From the NCBI GenBank assembly GCA_964479435.1, contig CAYZME010000002.1, positions 1 through 52,785 of the forward strand: DNA of 52,785 bases, read 5' to 3'. This DNA comes from an uncultured Oscillospiraceae bacterium. Lineage in GTDB: Bacteria; Bacillota; Clostridia; Saccharofermentanales; UBA5734. Shown here in pieces: positions 9,821 to 18,152 of the stretch. Each line of letters opens with the position of its first letter. Positions within the stretch are counted from its first letter, which is position 1. Under the pieces are notes generated by a model, which searched no databases, was not told the DNA's origin, and saw nothing but the letters and a program-made list of their open reading frames with translations. The translations under genes were made by a program, and so were the position numbers.

Positions 9821-11134
9821 CTAGATCCAGTCTTCGTTCGCCGCCGGGGTGAGGGCCCCCGCGGCGGTCCGCGTCACCTCCGGCGTCTCTTCGCCGAGTG
9901 TCAAGGTCATGGTTTGTTCGCTCTTGTCTTCCGTCCGGAAAATCTTCACCTCGACCCGGTCGCCGGCGCGGTACGCGTCCTTCAGGCGGTTGATGTCGCT
10001 CACCGTCGTCACCTCGACCCCGCCGAAGGCGACGATGATGTCACCTTCGCGGATCCCGGCCGTTTCAGCCGCGCTCCCCGGTTGCACCACCCCGACATAG
10101 ACGCCGAGCGGCCAGCCATAGCGCGTGCCGATCTGTTCGGGCACACTCTCGCCGCTGATGCCGATGACGGGGCGGCCGGTCACATAGCCGTCGTTGATCA
10201 GTTGCTCAATCACGGGCTTGGCATCGTTGATCGGGATGGCAAACCCCAGCCCTTCGACGCCACTGGCGGCCTTTTTGGCCGAGTTGATGCCCACCACTTC
10301 GCCATACGAGTTGACCAGCGCGCCACCGGAATTGCCGGCATTGATCGCCGCGTCGGTCTGGATCAGATTCATCGTCACGTTGTCGATCGTGATCTGCCGG
10401 TTGAGGGCGCTGATCACGCCGACGGTCACCGTCCCGGCCAACTCACCCAGGGGGTTGCCGATCGCGACGGCGAGTTCACCGCGCACCAGCTGATCGGAAT
10501 CGCCAAATACCGCGTACGGCAGGTCCTTGTCGGCTTCGACTTTGAGCACGGCCAGGTCGGTTTTTTTGTCCGCGCCCACCAGCTTCGCTTCAAAACTGTC
10601 CCCGTCCTCGGTGACGATGGTGATCAGCTTGGCGTCCTCGATGACATGCGAATTGGTCAGTATGTATCCGTCCTTGGTAAAGATGATGCCCGAGCCGGCG
10701 CTTTGCGCGGTCGTCAAGCGGCCGAAAAGGGTCGTGACGACTTCGGTTGTAATGGCCACCACGGCCGGCCCGACGTCGGCGGCGATCTCATAGGTTTTCC
10801 GCGCTTTTTTGCCGTCTTGCGACGGCAGCGTCGCCAACTCCGCCAAGCTGAACCGCTCGTCGTCCGACGGTTTGGCGGTCGGCGTGCCGGTGTTGGAATC
10901 CGTGGCCCGGGTCTCAAGGGTCGGGTCGGTCCGCGGCGCGGGTTCCCGCGTCAGGTACCAGCCCAGGGCTCCGCCGATGGTCGTAAACACCAGCGCGGCG
11001 ACCAGCACAGCCGCCATCACCACCGAGGCCGTCCCCCGTCCGGGGCCGCGCCCGCGGCGCGCGGGGCCTGTACTTACGCCCTGTTCTTTGTGTTCCATAT
11101 GTTGCAAAGGATCGATTCCAAATGGGTCACTCAT
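9821..11134 (-). CDS. htrA: HtrA/DegP-family serine protease with PDZ domain, membrane anchored
   Basis: Catalytic triad contexts TNSHVI, DLAVLKV, GNSGGAL. PDZ-like GVYVGVVQPGSAAETAGIREGDII. One N-terminal TM segment. GAGGAGGG SD before ATG 11134. Confidence 0.9.
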   Translation of the reverse strand: MSDPFGIDPLQHMEHKEQGVSTGPARRGRGPGRGTASVVMAAVLVAALVFTTIGGALGWYLTREPAPRTDPTLETRATDSNTGTPTAKPSDDERFSLAELATLPSQDGKKARKTYEIAADVGPAVVAITTEVVTTLFGRLTTAQSAGSGIIFTKDGYILTNSHVIEDAKLITIVTEDGDSFEAKLVGADKKTDLAVLKVEADKDLPYAVFGDSDQLVRGELAVAIGNPLGELAGTVTVGVISALNRQITIDNVTMNLIQTDAAINAGNSGGALVNSYGEVVGINSAKKAASGVEGLGFAIPINDAKPVIEQLINDGYVTGRPVIGISGESVPEQIGTRYGWPLGVYVGVVQPGSAAETAGIREGDIIVAFGGVEVTTVSDINRLKDAYRAGDRVEVKIFRTEDKSEQTMTLTLGEETPEVTRTAAGALTPAANEDWI

Positions 11135-11293
11135 GTCTATCCCTCCTCACTCAATCCGTGCGGGAGCGAGCGTATCAATCGGCCGCTCTCCGGCATCTTT
11201 ATTTTGCGCCTTCAAAGTGAAACCAGCTCTGCGAAATGATGGCAGATCTTGTGCGGATTGTGAAGTGAATGTGTCGCCTGGCGCCCGCCCGGC

Positions 11294-11323
11294 TTGTCAG
11301 CCCCGCCGTCCACGTTGTATAAA
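11294..11323 (+). promoter_or_regulatory. Candidate sigma-A promoter for the patatin-psd-pssA genes
   Basis: TTGTCA (11294..11299), 18-nt spacer, TATAAA (11318..11323). It lies about 20 nt upstream of ATG 11344, which has a GAAGGAG SD. Confidence 0.4.
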
Positions 11324-11343
11324 CAGGGAGAAGGAGAGCACAC

Positions 11344-12540
11344 ATGACGACGGAACCATACGCGATCGCCTTTGCGGGCGGCGGCGCCAAAGGGATTTAT
11401 GAGCTGGGCGCCTGGGGCGCGTTGCGCGAGCTGGGGGTGCCGTTGGCGGCCGCGGTCGGCGCTTCGATCGGCGCGCTGAGCGCCGCGTTTGTCGCGCAGG
11501 ACGGGTATGAAACCGCACTGGACATGTGGCAGAATCTCACCCTGGAACAGTGCGTCATCCTGCCGCCCGATGCCCGTCTCAAATCCCCGGATGTCCTCAA
11601 TCCGCGCAATCTCGATGTCGTCATCGACATGTTCCGCAACCGCGGGCTGGACACGTCGCCCTTTCGCGCCTTGATCGCCCGCCATCTCGACGAAGATGCC
11701 GTACTGGCGTCGGCCGTCGATTACGGCCTGGTGACCTATTCCCTGACGGATTTCGAAACCGTCGATGTCTGGCAAGAATCCATCCATCCCGGCCTTCTGG
11801 TCGATTATATCATGGCCAGCAGCCGCTATCCGGGGCTCAAATCCGTCGGCTTTGGCGGGCGTACGTACCTGGACGGCGGCTTTGGCGACAACCTGCCCGT
11901 CGCCATGCTGCGCCGGCGCGGGTATCGCAATATCATCGCCGTCGATATTCGCGGCCACGCCAAACCACTCGAAACCGACAATCTGCGCCTGGCGCATATC
12001 CGCAACCGCCTGGATTTGGGCGGCGCGTTTGACATCACCCCCGCCACCCTGGAAACCAACCGCGCCTTGGGACGCCTGGACACGCTGGTGACTTTCCACC
12101 AGATCGATGGCGACTATTACTATTTCCAACGCGATGAATACCGGGCGCTCAAGCGTTTCTTTACGTACGACCTGCTGTTGGGCTTGCAACAGGCCGCTGT
12201 GACGATGGGTCTGCGACGCGACCGGATGCTGGACGGCAACTCGTTCCTCTCCGAACTGGAGGCCGCCCATCGGCAATTGTATCTGGAATACGAGAAAAAA
12301 CGCACGGAAATCGACGCCGACTCGCTGATCTCGACCCTGGTCAAAGGGCGCTTCCGCACCCTGTCGACCGCGCTGGAAAACGACCCGCGCATGAAATTGG
12401 CGTTTCTGCTCGAATTGCTGGACCGCAACCAGATCGGCCCGTTCAACATCCCGATGAAAGTGTTTGCTTCTGTGCGCGCGGCCGCGGAAGCGTTGCACGC
12501 CATGGACAGCAGACAAATGTGGCGCAAACCGCTACAATAA
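11344..12540 (+). CDS. Patatin-like phospholipase
   Basis: Oxyanion motif FAGGGAKGIYELG, nucleophile GASIGAL (GxSxG), catalytic Asp motif YLDGGFGDN. Confidence 0.85.
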   Translation: MTTEPYAIAFAGGGAKGIYELGAWGALRELGVPLAAAVGASIGALSAAFVAQDGYETALDMWQNLTLEQCVILPPDARLKSPDVLNPRNLDVVIDMFRNRGLDTSPFRALIARHLDEDAVLASAVDYGLVTYSLTDFETVDVWQESIHPGLLVDYIMASSRYPGLKSVGFGGRTYLDGGFGDNLPVAMLRRRGYRNIIAVDIRGHAKPLETDNLRLAHIRNRLDLGGAFDITPATLETNRALGRLDTLVTFHQIDGDYYYFQRDEYRALKRFFTYDLLLGLQQAAVTMGLRRDRMLDGNSFLSELEAAHRQLYLEYEKKRTEIDADSLISTLVKGRFRTLSTALENDPRMKLAFLLELLDRNQIGPFNIPMKVFASVRAAAEALHAMDSRQMWRKPLQ

Positions 12541-12589
12541 GACATCAGACACCGGGCCTGCGCCCGGCCCGGGGAGGGTTTGTCCCGCC

Positions 12590-13234
12590 ATGTCAAAGCA
12601 TCGTTTTCCCTTTGCCCGCGAAGGCATCTGGCCGGTCGCGGCGATGTTCGCGCTGTCGTCGGCTCTCTTTTTTGCCCACCCGCTGGCTGCCGTTCCCACC
12701 GGTCTGGTGACGCTGTTTCTCATCTGGTTTTTTCGCGCGCCCAACCGTCGGATTGCGCTCGATCCGGCGGCGTTGCTGAGTCCGGCCGACGGGACGGTCC
12801 TTTCGGTTGAACCGGTCGCGCACGACCCCTGGTTGGACGGCCCGGGGATCCGGATTTCGATTTTCATGTCGGTTTTCAATGTGCACATCAACCGCAACCC
12901 CTGCGCGGGACGGGTCGAGCGCGTCGAATACCGCGACGGAGCCTTCCTCCCCGCCTTCAAAAGCCACGCCAGCGAACTGAATGAACGCAACGCGGTGCTG
13001 CTGGTCTGTGAGCCCGGGCAAGGCCGCCTGCGGGTCAATCAAATCACCGGCATGCTGGCGCGGCGGATTGTCTGCGATGTAAAAGCGGGGGATGCCGTCG
13101 CGCAAGGCGCGCGCTTTGGTATGATCCGTTTGGGGTCTTGCGCGCAGCTGGTGATGCCGGCCACCTGCCAGACATGCGTGCGTGTGGGCGAGAAAGTCCG
13201 GGCCGGCCGGACGGTGATCGCGCGATGGCCATGA
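12590..13234 (+). CDS. psd: Phosphatidylserine decarboxylase proenzyme (short, Asd-like type)
   Basis: Two N-terminal TM segments, NRNPCAGRV, and the self-cleavage-type motif MIRLGSCAQL (LGS). Start at ATG 12590 after GGGGAGGG. The upstream 42 codons in the ORF track overlap the patatin 3' end. Confidence 0.8.
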   Translation: MSKHRFPFAREGIWPVAAMFALSSALFFAHPLAAVPTGLVTLFLIWFFRAPNRRIALDPAALLSPADGTVLSVEPVAHDPWLDGPGIRISIFMSVFNVHINRNPCAGRVERVEYRDGAFLPAFKSHASELNERNAVLLVCEPGQGRLRVNQITGMLARRIVCDVKAGDAVAQGARFGMIRLGSCAQLVMPATCQTCVRVGEKVRAGRTVIARWP

Positions 13235-13956
13235 GGCGCCGCGCCCGCCCCGGCCCCCGCGTCCCGCGACCGGCGCGTTTCGCGCGTGTCCCGGCGCCCA
13301 AGCGCCGCCCGCAACGCGTTTTCTCCTTGCCGCCCAGCGTGCGCAGACTGAGCCAGTTGCGCGAGCAGGACAACCCGATCCGCAACAACCTCCCCAACAT
13401 GTTGACGATGGCCAACCTGTCTTGCGGCGTGCTGGCGATCCTGATCGCCTCGTCCTCGGCCGGCATGCGCCCGGCCGAGATGCCGGCGCATGCGCCCCGC
13501 ATTTACCTGAGCTGCCTGTTGATCGTTCTGGCGGCCGTTCTCGACCGGTACGACGGCAAGCTGGCGCGATTGCTCGGGGCCGAAAGCGAGTTTGGCAAAC
13601 AATTGGATTCCCTGTGCGACCTGATTTCATTTGGCGTCGCGCCGGCGGTAATCTCCTGGCAGTTGCACGCCGCGTTGCTCTTCGGGCCGTGGCGTCTCAT
13701 CGGCTACCTGGGGGCTCTGCTCTTTCCGCTCGCCGGCGCCTTCCGGCTCGCGCGCTTCAACCTCACGGAATCCAACGGCGTTTTTCAAGGCGTGCCCATC
13801 ACCCTGGCCGGTTCATTCCTGATTCTTTTCAGCTTGCTGGAGACCTTCGCCCTGATTCGCGGCCGTTTCCGGATCGGCTGGCCGATCGTCGCGGGGATCT
13901 TGGTGCTGTCGCTGTCGCTCCTGATGGTCAGCCGTCTGCGGATCCCCAAAAAATAA
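13225..13956 (+). CDS. pssA: CDP-diacylglycerol--serine O-phosphatidyltransferase
   Basis: CDP-alcohol phosphatidyltransferase motif DRYDGKLARLLGAESEFGKQLDSLCDLISFG. The start is uncertain. ATG 13225 and ATG 13231 both overlap the psd stop (ATGA at 13231..13234) and would add a very basic Arg/Pro-rich N-terminus. The conserved core begins near NLPNMLTMANL (about 13390). Confidence 0.8.
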   Translation: MAMRRRARPGPRVPRPARFARVPAPKRRPQRVFSLPPSVRRLSQLREQDNPIRNNLPNMLTMANLSCGVLAILIASSSAGMRPAEMPAHAPRIYLSCLLIVLAAVLDRYDGKLARLLGAESEFGKQLDSLCDLISFGVAPAVISWQLHAALLFGPWRLIGYLGALLFPLAGAFRLARFNLTESNGVFQGVPITLAGSFLILFSLLETFALIRGRFRIGWPIVAGILVLSLSLLMVSRLRIPKK

Positions 13957-14015
13957 CTCCGCTATCGCGGGAAGCGGATGCGCGACCGTCGCGGTACGCT
14001 ACCGCAGGATCCAAC

Positions 14016-14039
14016 CGCGTCCCGCGGCCGCGGGACGCG
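14016..14039. terminator. 24-nt perfect GC palindrome between convergent pssA and a membrane protein gene
   Basis: CGCGTCCCGCGG/CCGCGGGACGCG. On the plus strand a TTTT run (14052..14055) follows 12 nt after the palindrome, too far for a classical U-tract. Likely a transcription stop or stability hairpin. Confidence 0.45.
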
Positions 14040-14065
14040 TGCGGCTTCCCGTTTTGCGGCCCCGA

Positions 14066-14680
14066 TCAGCTGAATCCCCATCTCCGGAAGAGCAGGCGAA
14101 AGAGCAACGAGTCATAGACCCATTGCGACGCGCGCATCACACACAATGCCAGGCGCGGCGCGATCAACGCGGCCAGGACGATGCCCGTGCCCATCAGCGC
14201 GATCGACGTTCCGCCGGCAATGATCCCGATGATCATGCCGGCGCCCCCATAGTCACCGGTAAACCGGTCGATGATGCCGCTGAGGTATTCGTTAAAAAAA
14301 ACCATCGCCTGATCCTGCAACGAGGCCAGGTCGAGGTGGAATCCTTTGAGCAGGAGGTTGACCGGGATCCACATCCCGGCCATCAGCTTGACCAGCTGTA
14401 GGCCCAGGACGATCAGCCGCAGGGGCCAGGCCAGGCGGTAGTAGATGCGGGACAGAAAGGGCGAGACCGCCACCAGGCCGATAAACAGCAGCATGGACAG
14501 GCGGAGCGAAGCCGGGGAGATCCAGAAATCCTGTGCGCCCGGCATCACCACAATCGCCGCGATCCCCAGCCAAACGAGCGCGCCGATCCCGAGGATCTGG
14601 CCGCCGTGCCGCTTGGTCTCGTAATCGGTGTCGCTCCACAGCGGCCCCAGTAGAAATCCTTCCCAGTAATCCAATGCCAT
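14066..14680 (-). CDS. Hypothetical polytopic membrane protein (about 5 TM)
   Basis: Non-biased hydrophobic composition and a GGGAGGG SD before ATG 14680. I recognise no family motif. Confidence 0.6.
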   Translation of the reverse strand: MALDYWEGFLLGPLWSDTDYETKRHGGQILGIGALVWLGIAAIVVMPGAQDFWISPASLRLSMLLFIGLVAVSPFLSRIYYRLAWPLRLIVLGLQLVKLMAGMWIPVNLLLKGFHLDLASLQDQAMVFFNEYLSGIIDRFTGDYGGAGMIIGIIAGGTSIALMGTGIVLAALIAPRLALCVMRASQWVYDSLLFRLLFRRWGFS

Positions 14681-14719
14681 CCCTCCCGATCCGGTCCAGC
14701 CGGGGTTGCGGTCTTCCGT

Positions 14720-14749
14720 ATTTTATCAGATCGCCCGGAGGTGTGGAAA
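14720..14749 (-). promoter_or_regulatory. Candidate promoter of the 14066..14680 membrane protein gene
   Basis: Minus strand: TTTCCA (14744..14749), 18-nt spacer, TAAAAT (14720..14725). The -35 lies inside the last 18-bp repeat unit. Confidence 0.5.
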
Positions 14750-14816
14750 GTGCCGCTAGAGCGGAAAGTACCGCCAGCGCGGAAAGTACCGCCAGCGCGG
14801 AAAGAGCCGCCAGCGC
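14745..14816. repeat. Four tandem 18-bp direct repeats (GGAAAGTRCCGCYAGMGC)
   Basis: Units at 14745-14762, 14763-14780, 14781-14798 and 14799-14816. The middle two are identical and the outer two differ at 2-4 positions. Intergenic, between the HAD stop (14843) and the membrane protein start (14680). Confidence 0.95.
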
Positions 14817-14842
14817 CATGAGGCGGCCGGCGCGGGCCGCCG

Positions 14843-15619
14843 TCACCCCTCCAGCGCCAGTGCCGACGCCAGCCAGCGGGCGACCCCGTCGCGCTCATTG
14901 CTGTCGCACACCTCGTCGGCGGCTTCTTTGACCTCAGACAGGGCGTTGCCGACCGCGACCCCGACCCCGCACCCGCGCAGCATCCCCATGTCATTGCAAT
15001 CGTCGCCAAACGCCGCCACATCGGACAGCGCGATCCCGTACCGGCTCGCCAGCAAGCGCACCGCGTCGAACTTGGTCGCGTCGCGGTGCATGATCATCGC
15101 CAGCATCCGTTCGGACCATTCCAGGTACAGATCGTCGGTCAGCAACGCACGGTACGCTTCCAGTTGCGCGGACGTATCCGCCCGCAGCACGATCTTATGC
15201 GCGGGCCCGGGCGGGATCTCGCGAAACGACGCGGTGCGCACAAAGACAACCCCCGGCCAGATCTCCCCGGCGTCAAAGTTGGCGTACAGCTGTTCGCCAC
15301 TCTCGACCGCCACGTGGCGCCGCGCGTCCTCTGCCAACAGCCGGCGCACCCACGCCCGCGGTCGATCGATGCCCCGGCCGCCGATCCGCGCCCCCCGCTC
15401 CACCACCTCCGCGCCGTTATGAAAGACACCGGCGTCGTAAAAGGGAATATGAGGGGCCAACTGCGCGACCGAGCGCTGCGGGCGCGCGGTCGCGATCACC
15501 AGGCGCACACCTTGCGCGCGCAACCGGCGAAAAACCATAGCCGTGTACGCCGAGACGGTCTTGTCATCGCGCAGCAGCGTCCCGTCCAAATCGGTCACAA
15601 CCATCGCCAGTTTTCGCAT
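14843..15619 (-). CDS. HAD-superfamily hydrolase, Cof-type (HAD-IIB) phosphatase
   Basis: Motif I VVTDLDGTLL and motif IV FGDDCNDMGML. Start at ATG 15619 after GGGAGGG. The upstream 41 codons of the ORF-track model cross a terminator. Confidence 0.85.
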   Translation of the reverse strand: MRKLAMVVTDLDGTLLRDDKTVSAYTAMVFRRLRAQGVRLVIATARPQRSVAQLAPHIPFYDAGVFHNGAEVVERGARIGGRGIDRPRAWVRRLLAEDARRHVAVESGEQLYANFDAGEIWPGVVFVRTASFREIPPGPAHKIVLRADTSAQLEAYRALLTDDLYLEWSERMLAMIMHRDATKFDAVRLLASRYGIALSDVAAFGDDCNDMGMLRGCGVGVAVGNALSEVKEAADEVCDSNERDGVARWLASALALEG

Positions 15620-15669
15620 CACCCTGACCCTCCCGTTCCGCTTCTGTTGCGTCGCGGCCCCCGGCCGCG

Positions 15670-15700
15670 AAACAAAAAAGCCGCACCCTCGGGTGTCGGC
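15670..15700 (-). terminator. Intrinsic terminator downstream of the small orphan gene
   Basis: Minus strand: GCCGACACCC...GGGTGCGGC stem (8 bp plus one bulge) followed by TTTTTTGTTT. Confidence 0.8.
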
Positions 15701-15731
15701 GATTCTTTGGGTCTGCGCGCGCGAGCCGTGT

Positions 15732-16130
15732 TCAAAGGTCAAATGACGCGCGGGCGACGTCTTCGATCAGCGCGCGAAAATCGTTCCATCGCGGGGGGAA
15801 ACACCCGACGCCGTACCGTTTGAGATCCTGGTCCGTCGTGCGGATGATGACGGCCCAGTAACTCTTGCCATGGCTGCACGCCTGCTCGGGGTCGCCGGTG
15901 CCATAGCGGTCCTCCCACTCCAGAATACCGGCATCCTCCAGGCCGGTGCGGATCGAGCGCACCGCGTCTCGGTCCAGAGAGCGCGTAAAATCATTGACCC
16001 AGTGATTGCTGTCCTTCCACGAGATCAGGCCGCGTTCCATATCGATCGACACGCTCAGGCTGCCCTTGCGGTATCTGCACAATTCTGTCTCGATGGAATG
16101 TATTTGATCGTAAGTCATCGTTCGATACAT
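15732..16130 (-). CDS. Hypothetical 132-aa soluble protein, no recognised family
   Basis: Protein-like, unbiased composition (MYRTMTYDQIHSIETELCRYRKGSLSVSIDMERGLISWKD...). Bracketed by its own promoter and terminator. ATG 16130 or ATG 16118; weak SD (TAGGTG). Confidence 0.6.
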   Translation of the reverse strand: MYRTMTYDQIHSIETELCRYRKGSLSVSIDMERGLISWKDSNHWVNDFTRSLDRDAVRSIRTGLEDAGILEWEDRYGTGDPEQACSHGKSYWAVIIRTTDQDLKRYGVGCFPPRWNDFRALIEDVARASFDL

Positions 16131-16197
16131 GTAACACCTACATACATCCGCCGGGGATCGGCGCGACCGCATCCGGCGACCCGGCCAGTGACTCTAG

Positions 16198-16225
16198 ATT
16201 ATACGCAATTCAGGGGTTATTTCAA
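16198..16225 (-). promoter_or_regulatory. Near-consensus sigma-A promoter of the orphan small gene
   Basis: Minus strand: TTGAAA (16220..16225), 16-nt spacer, TATAAT (16198..16203). This leaves a 5' UTR of about 60 nt. Confidence 0.7.
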
Positions 16226-16264
16226 GTAAACGACGCGCGCCGCCGGGTTGGCGCCGCTGCCCTC

Positions 16265-18079
16265 TCAATCGGCAAAATACAACCCGTCCAGCTGGATAAA
16301 CCACCGGTCCGGGATACCCGCCTCTGTGATCTCGGCTTCCACCGAACGCAAAACCAGCAACAGACGCACCCCCTCGCTCTCGAGCGGCAACAACATGTCA
16401 TCGTGTTGGGCGGTCTGTGTTCTGCCGTCCGCCGGATATTTCTCTGCCAACGCGCGCAAACGGGACAGTAGATCGGGCTCGGGCAGCGGGTGCCCGTCGT
16501 GCGAAACGCGGACACGGGGGGTCCCGTTTCGGGTGAATCCGGACAACCGCAACTCATAGGTTCCCTGCTTGCCCTGGATGGAAACCGGAGCGGGCTGGCC
16601 CCACAGATCGCCGATCGACACGGCCTGATCGTATGCGGCGAGCGGCAGCGATCCCTGTGCGCGGGTCAGATAAAGGGTATGGCGCGCCGGCGGTTGCGCC
16701 GGTTCCCGCGCCGGGTCCGTATAGGCAAATCCAAAGACCGGCTCAAAACGGGACAAGTCGGGGAGGGAGCCGGTCAACCAGCCGGGCCGCCGCGCCTGTT
16801 GCTCCTGGTTATATAAATAGGCGACCGCCGTGGTGATACGCGCCTGATCGGCGGGGGATATCCCCGCTTGCGCGGGCACGATCTGGTCGCCGGCCAGCAT
16901 CCCGTTACGGATCAGGGTGGATTCCAGGCGGTTGGTCTGCGTATAGGCCGGTAGATCGATGTACCCGATCCCCGGCAGGACCGCAAACCACAGGATCCCC
17001 ATGGCGATCCAGCCGGTCCATCTCTGCCGCTCCGGCGGTTTGAGCAGCAGGACGATCGCGGCCGCCCACGCGTACAGACTGACCGCGATGGCGATGTACG
17101 AACCGGTGCGCAGCCCCTTGTGGGCGATTTCGATTGCGATCGTGGCGGTTTGAAAGGTCAGAAAGACCATCGACGTGTACGGAAACACCCGCCGGAACCA
17201 GATCGTCAGCGCCCGTCGATGGGACGCGGTGAAAATCGCGGCCGCAGCCCCGATCAGGCTGTACGCGGAGACAATCGCCGTCACGCGCGCAAAGGGCGGC
17301 CACACGCCGCGAACGAGGGTGCGCACACTCCAGATCAGCAGCACCAGCGCCATCAGCGCCAGCAGCGGGATGACGACGTATTGCAGCAACAACTGGAAAA
17401 AGACCGGCTGCTGCCGCCCTCGTTCCAGGCGGTCGCCCGGGTCCTCGGGCGTAAAGTCGGGCATGCAGCCGAGAAAAACGGCAAAGCCGACCCAGAGCGA
17501 CCAGACGACCAGGTGGCGGTAAATCTGTGCGCCCAGGCTCAGCGACAACAGATTTTCCGCCGCGAAAACAAGCAGGGAGAGCCCGCTCAGCAGGACCGCG
17601 CCGTATAAGACCGCGATCATCCCCGAGCGCAGCGTGATAAACCAGATTTCATCGTAGCCCAGATCCAACTCCGGCCGCGACAAAATCAGATGATAGCCCA
17701 GCAGCGCCAGCACCGTGATCGCGACCAGCCGCACCGTCACCACGGCAGGCCATGCGTCGTACACCCAAAAAAGCAACACGGCGAAAATCGCCATCATAAA
17801 AGCCGCTGTCGCCTGACCAATCGCCATCCACGCCGCCGGGCGGGTGCGCCCGACCGCCAACGCGGTCGCCGCCATTCCCAGGGCGACGCCGGGCAGAGCG
17901 GCCTGCTGCAGCGAGGAAAACAACTGCGACCACCCCGGTGAACCGCCCAGCTCCAGGCGGGCAGAGGCCGCGGCCGCGATCAGCCAGGCCAAAATCAACG
18001 CCGCCGGATAACGGCTCAATACGCGCGCGCCGCCGTGCGCGGCCTGTTGCACGAAACGGTAGAAACGCTTCCTCGCCAT
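16265..18079 (-). CDS. Large polytopic membrane protein with a C-terminal extracytoplasmic domain (possibly DUF4153-like)
   Basis: About 12 predicted TM helices in the first 400 aa or so, then a roughly 200-aa soluble domain. GAGGAG SD before ATG 18079. The family assignment is from memory only. Confidence 0.6.
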   Translation of the reverse strand: MARKRFYRFVQQAAHGGARVLSRYPAALILAWLIAAAASARLELGGSPGWSQLFSSLQQAALPGVALGMAATALAVGRTRPAAWMAIGQATAAFMMAIFAVLLFWVYDAWPAVVTVRLVAITVLALLGYHLILSRPELDLGYDEIWFITLRSGMIAVLYGAVLLSGLSLLVFAAENLLSLSLGAQIYRHLVVWSLWVGFAVFLGCMPDFTPEDPGDRLERGRQQPVFFQLLLQYVVIPLLALMALVLLIWSVRTLVRGVWPPFARVTAIVSAYSLIGAAAAIFTASHRRALTIWFRRVFPYTSMVFLTFQTATIAIEIAHKGLRTGSYIAIAVSLYAWAAAIVLLLKPPERQRWTGWIAMGILWFAVLPGIGYIDLPAYTQTNRLESTLIRNGMLAGDQIVPAQAGISPADQARITTAVAYLYNQEQQARRPGWLTGSLPDLSRFEPVFGFAYTDPAREPAQPPARHTLYLTRAQGSLPLAAYDQAVSIGDLWGQPAPVSIQGKQGTYELRLSGFTRNGTPRVRVSHDGHPLPEPDLLSRLRALAEKYPADGRTQTAQHDDMLLPLESEGVRLLLVLRSVEAEITEAGIPDRWFIQLDGLYFAD

Positions 18080-18090
18080 TTTTTCTCCTC

Positions 18091-18152
18091 GTAGCCGAGG
18101 CTACTAGTAGCCTCGGCTGCTAGTAGCTTCGGCTGCTAGTAGCCTCGGCTGC
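18091..18152. repeat. Three tandem 16-bp repeats (TAGTAGCYTCGGCTGC) preceded by one inverted copy (GTAGCCGAGGCTAC)
   Basis: Direct units at 18105-18120, 18121-18136 (one C>T change) and 18137-18152. The inverted arm is at 18091-18104. The element lies between the DsrE-like stop (18164) and the SD and start of the next gene (18079). Confidence 0.95.

Noticed and set aside
9773-11239. 488-aa ORF antisense to htrA
   Set aside because: Strongly Arg/Gly/Asp/His-biased and without an SD. The minus strand carries an intact HtrA catalytic triad and PDZ domain.
11212-12516. 434-aa ORF antisense to the patatin gene
   Set aside because: The same high-GC antisense artefact pattern. The patatin frame carries the GGGxxG, GxSxG and DGG motifs.
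11344-12540. Patatin as a CBASS-type or other defence effector
   Set aside because: No cyclic-nucleotide synthase, SMODS/CD-NTase, Cap-like or sensor gene is adjacent. The gene is co-oriented and near-contiguous with the phospholipid synthesis genes psd and pssA.
14292-14846. 184-aa ORF translating the 18-bp repeats as (ALAVLS)n, a possible repeat peptide
   Set aside because: It has no SD and runs out of frame through the well-formed membrane protein gene. Downstream of the repeats it becomes Arg/Pro/Gly-rich, so the repeats are better explained as promoter-region DNA elements.
14745-18152. CRISPR-array interpretation of the 18-bp (14745..14816) and 16-bp (18105..18152) repeat sets
   Set aside because: The repeats are directly contiguous with no unique spacers. 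The units are shorter than CRISPR repeats, and no cas genes are in the window.
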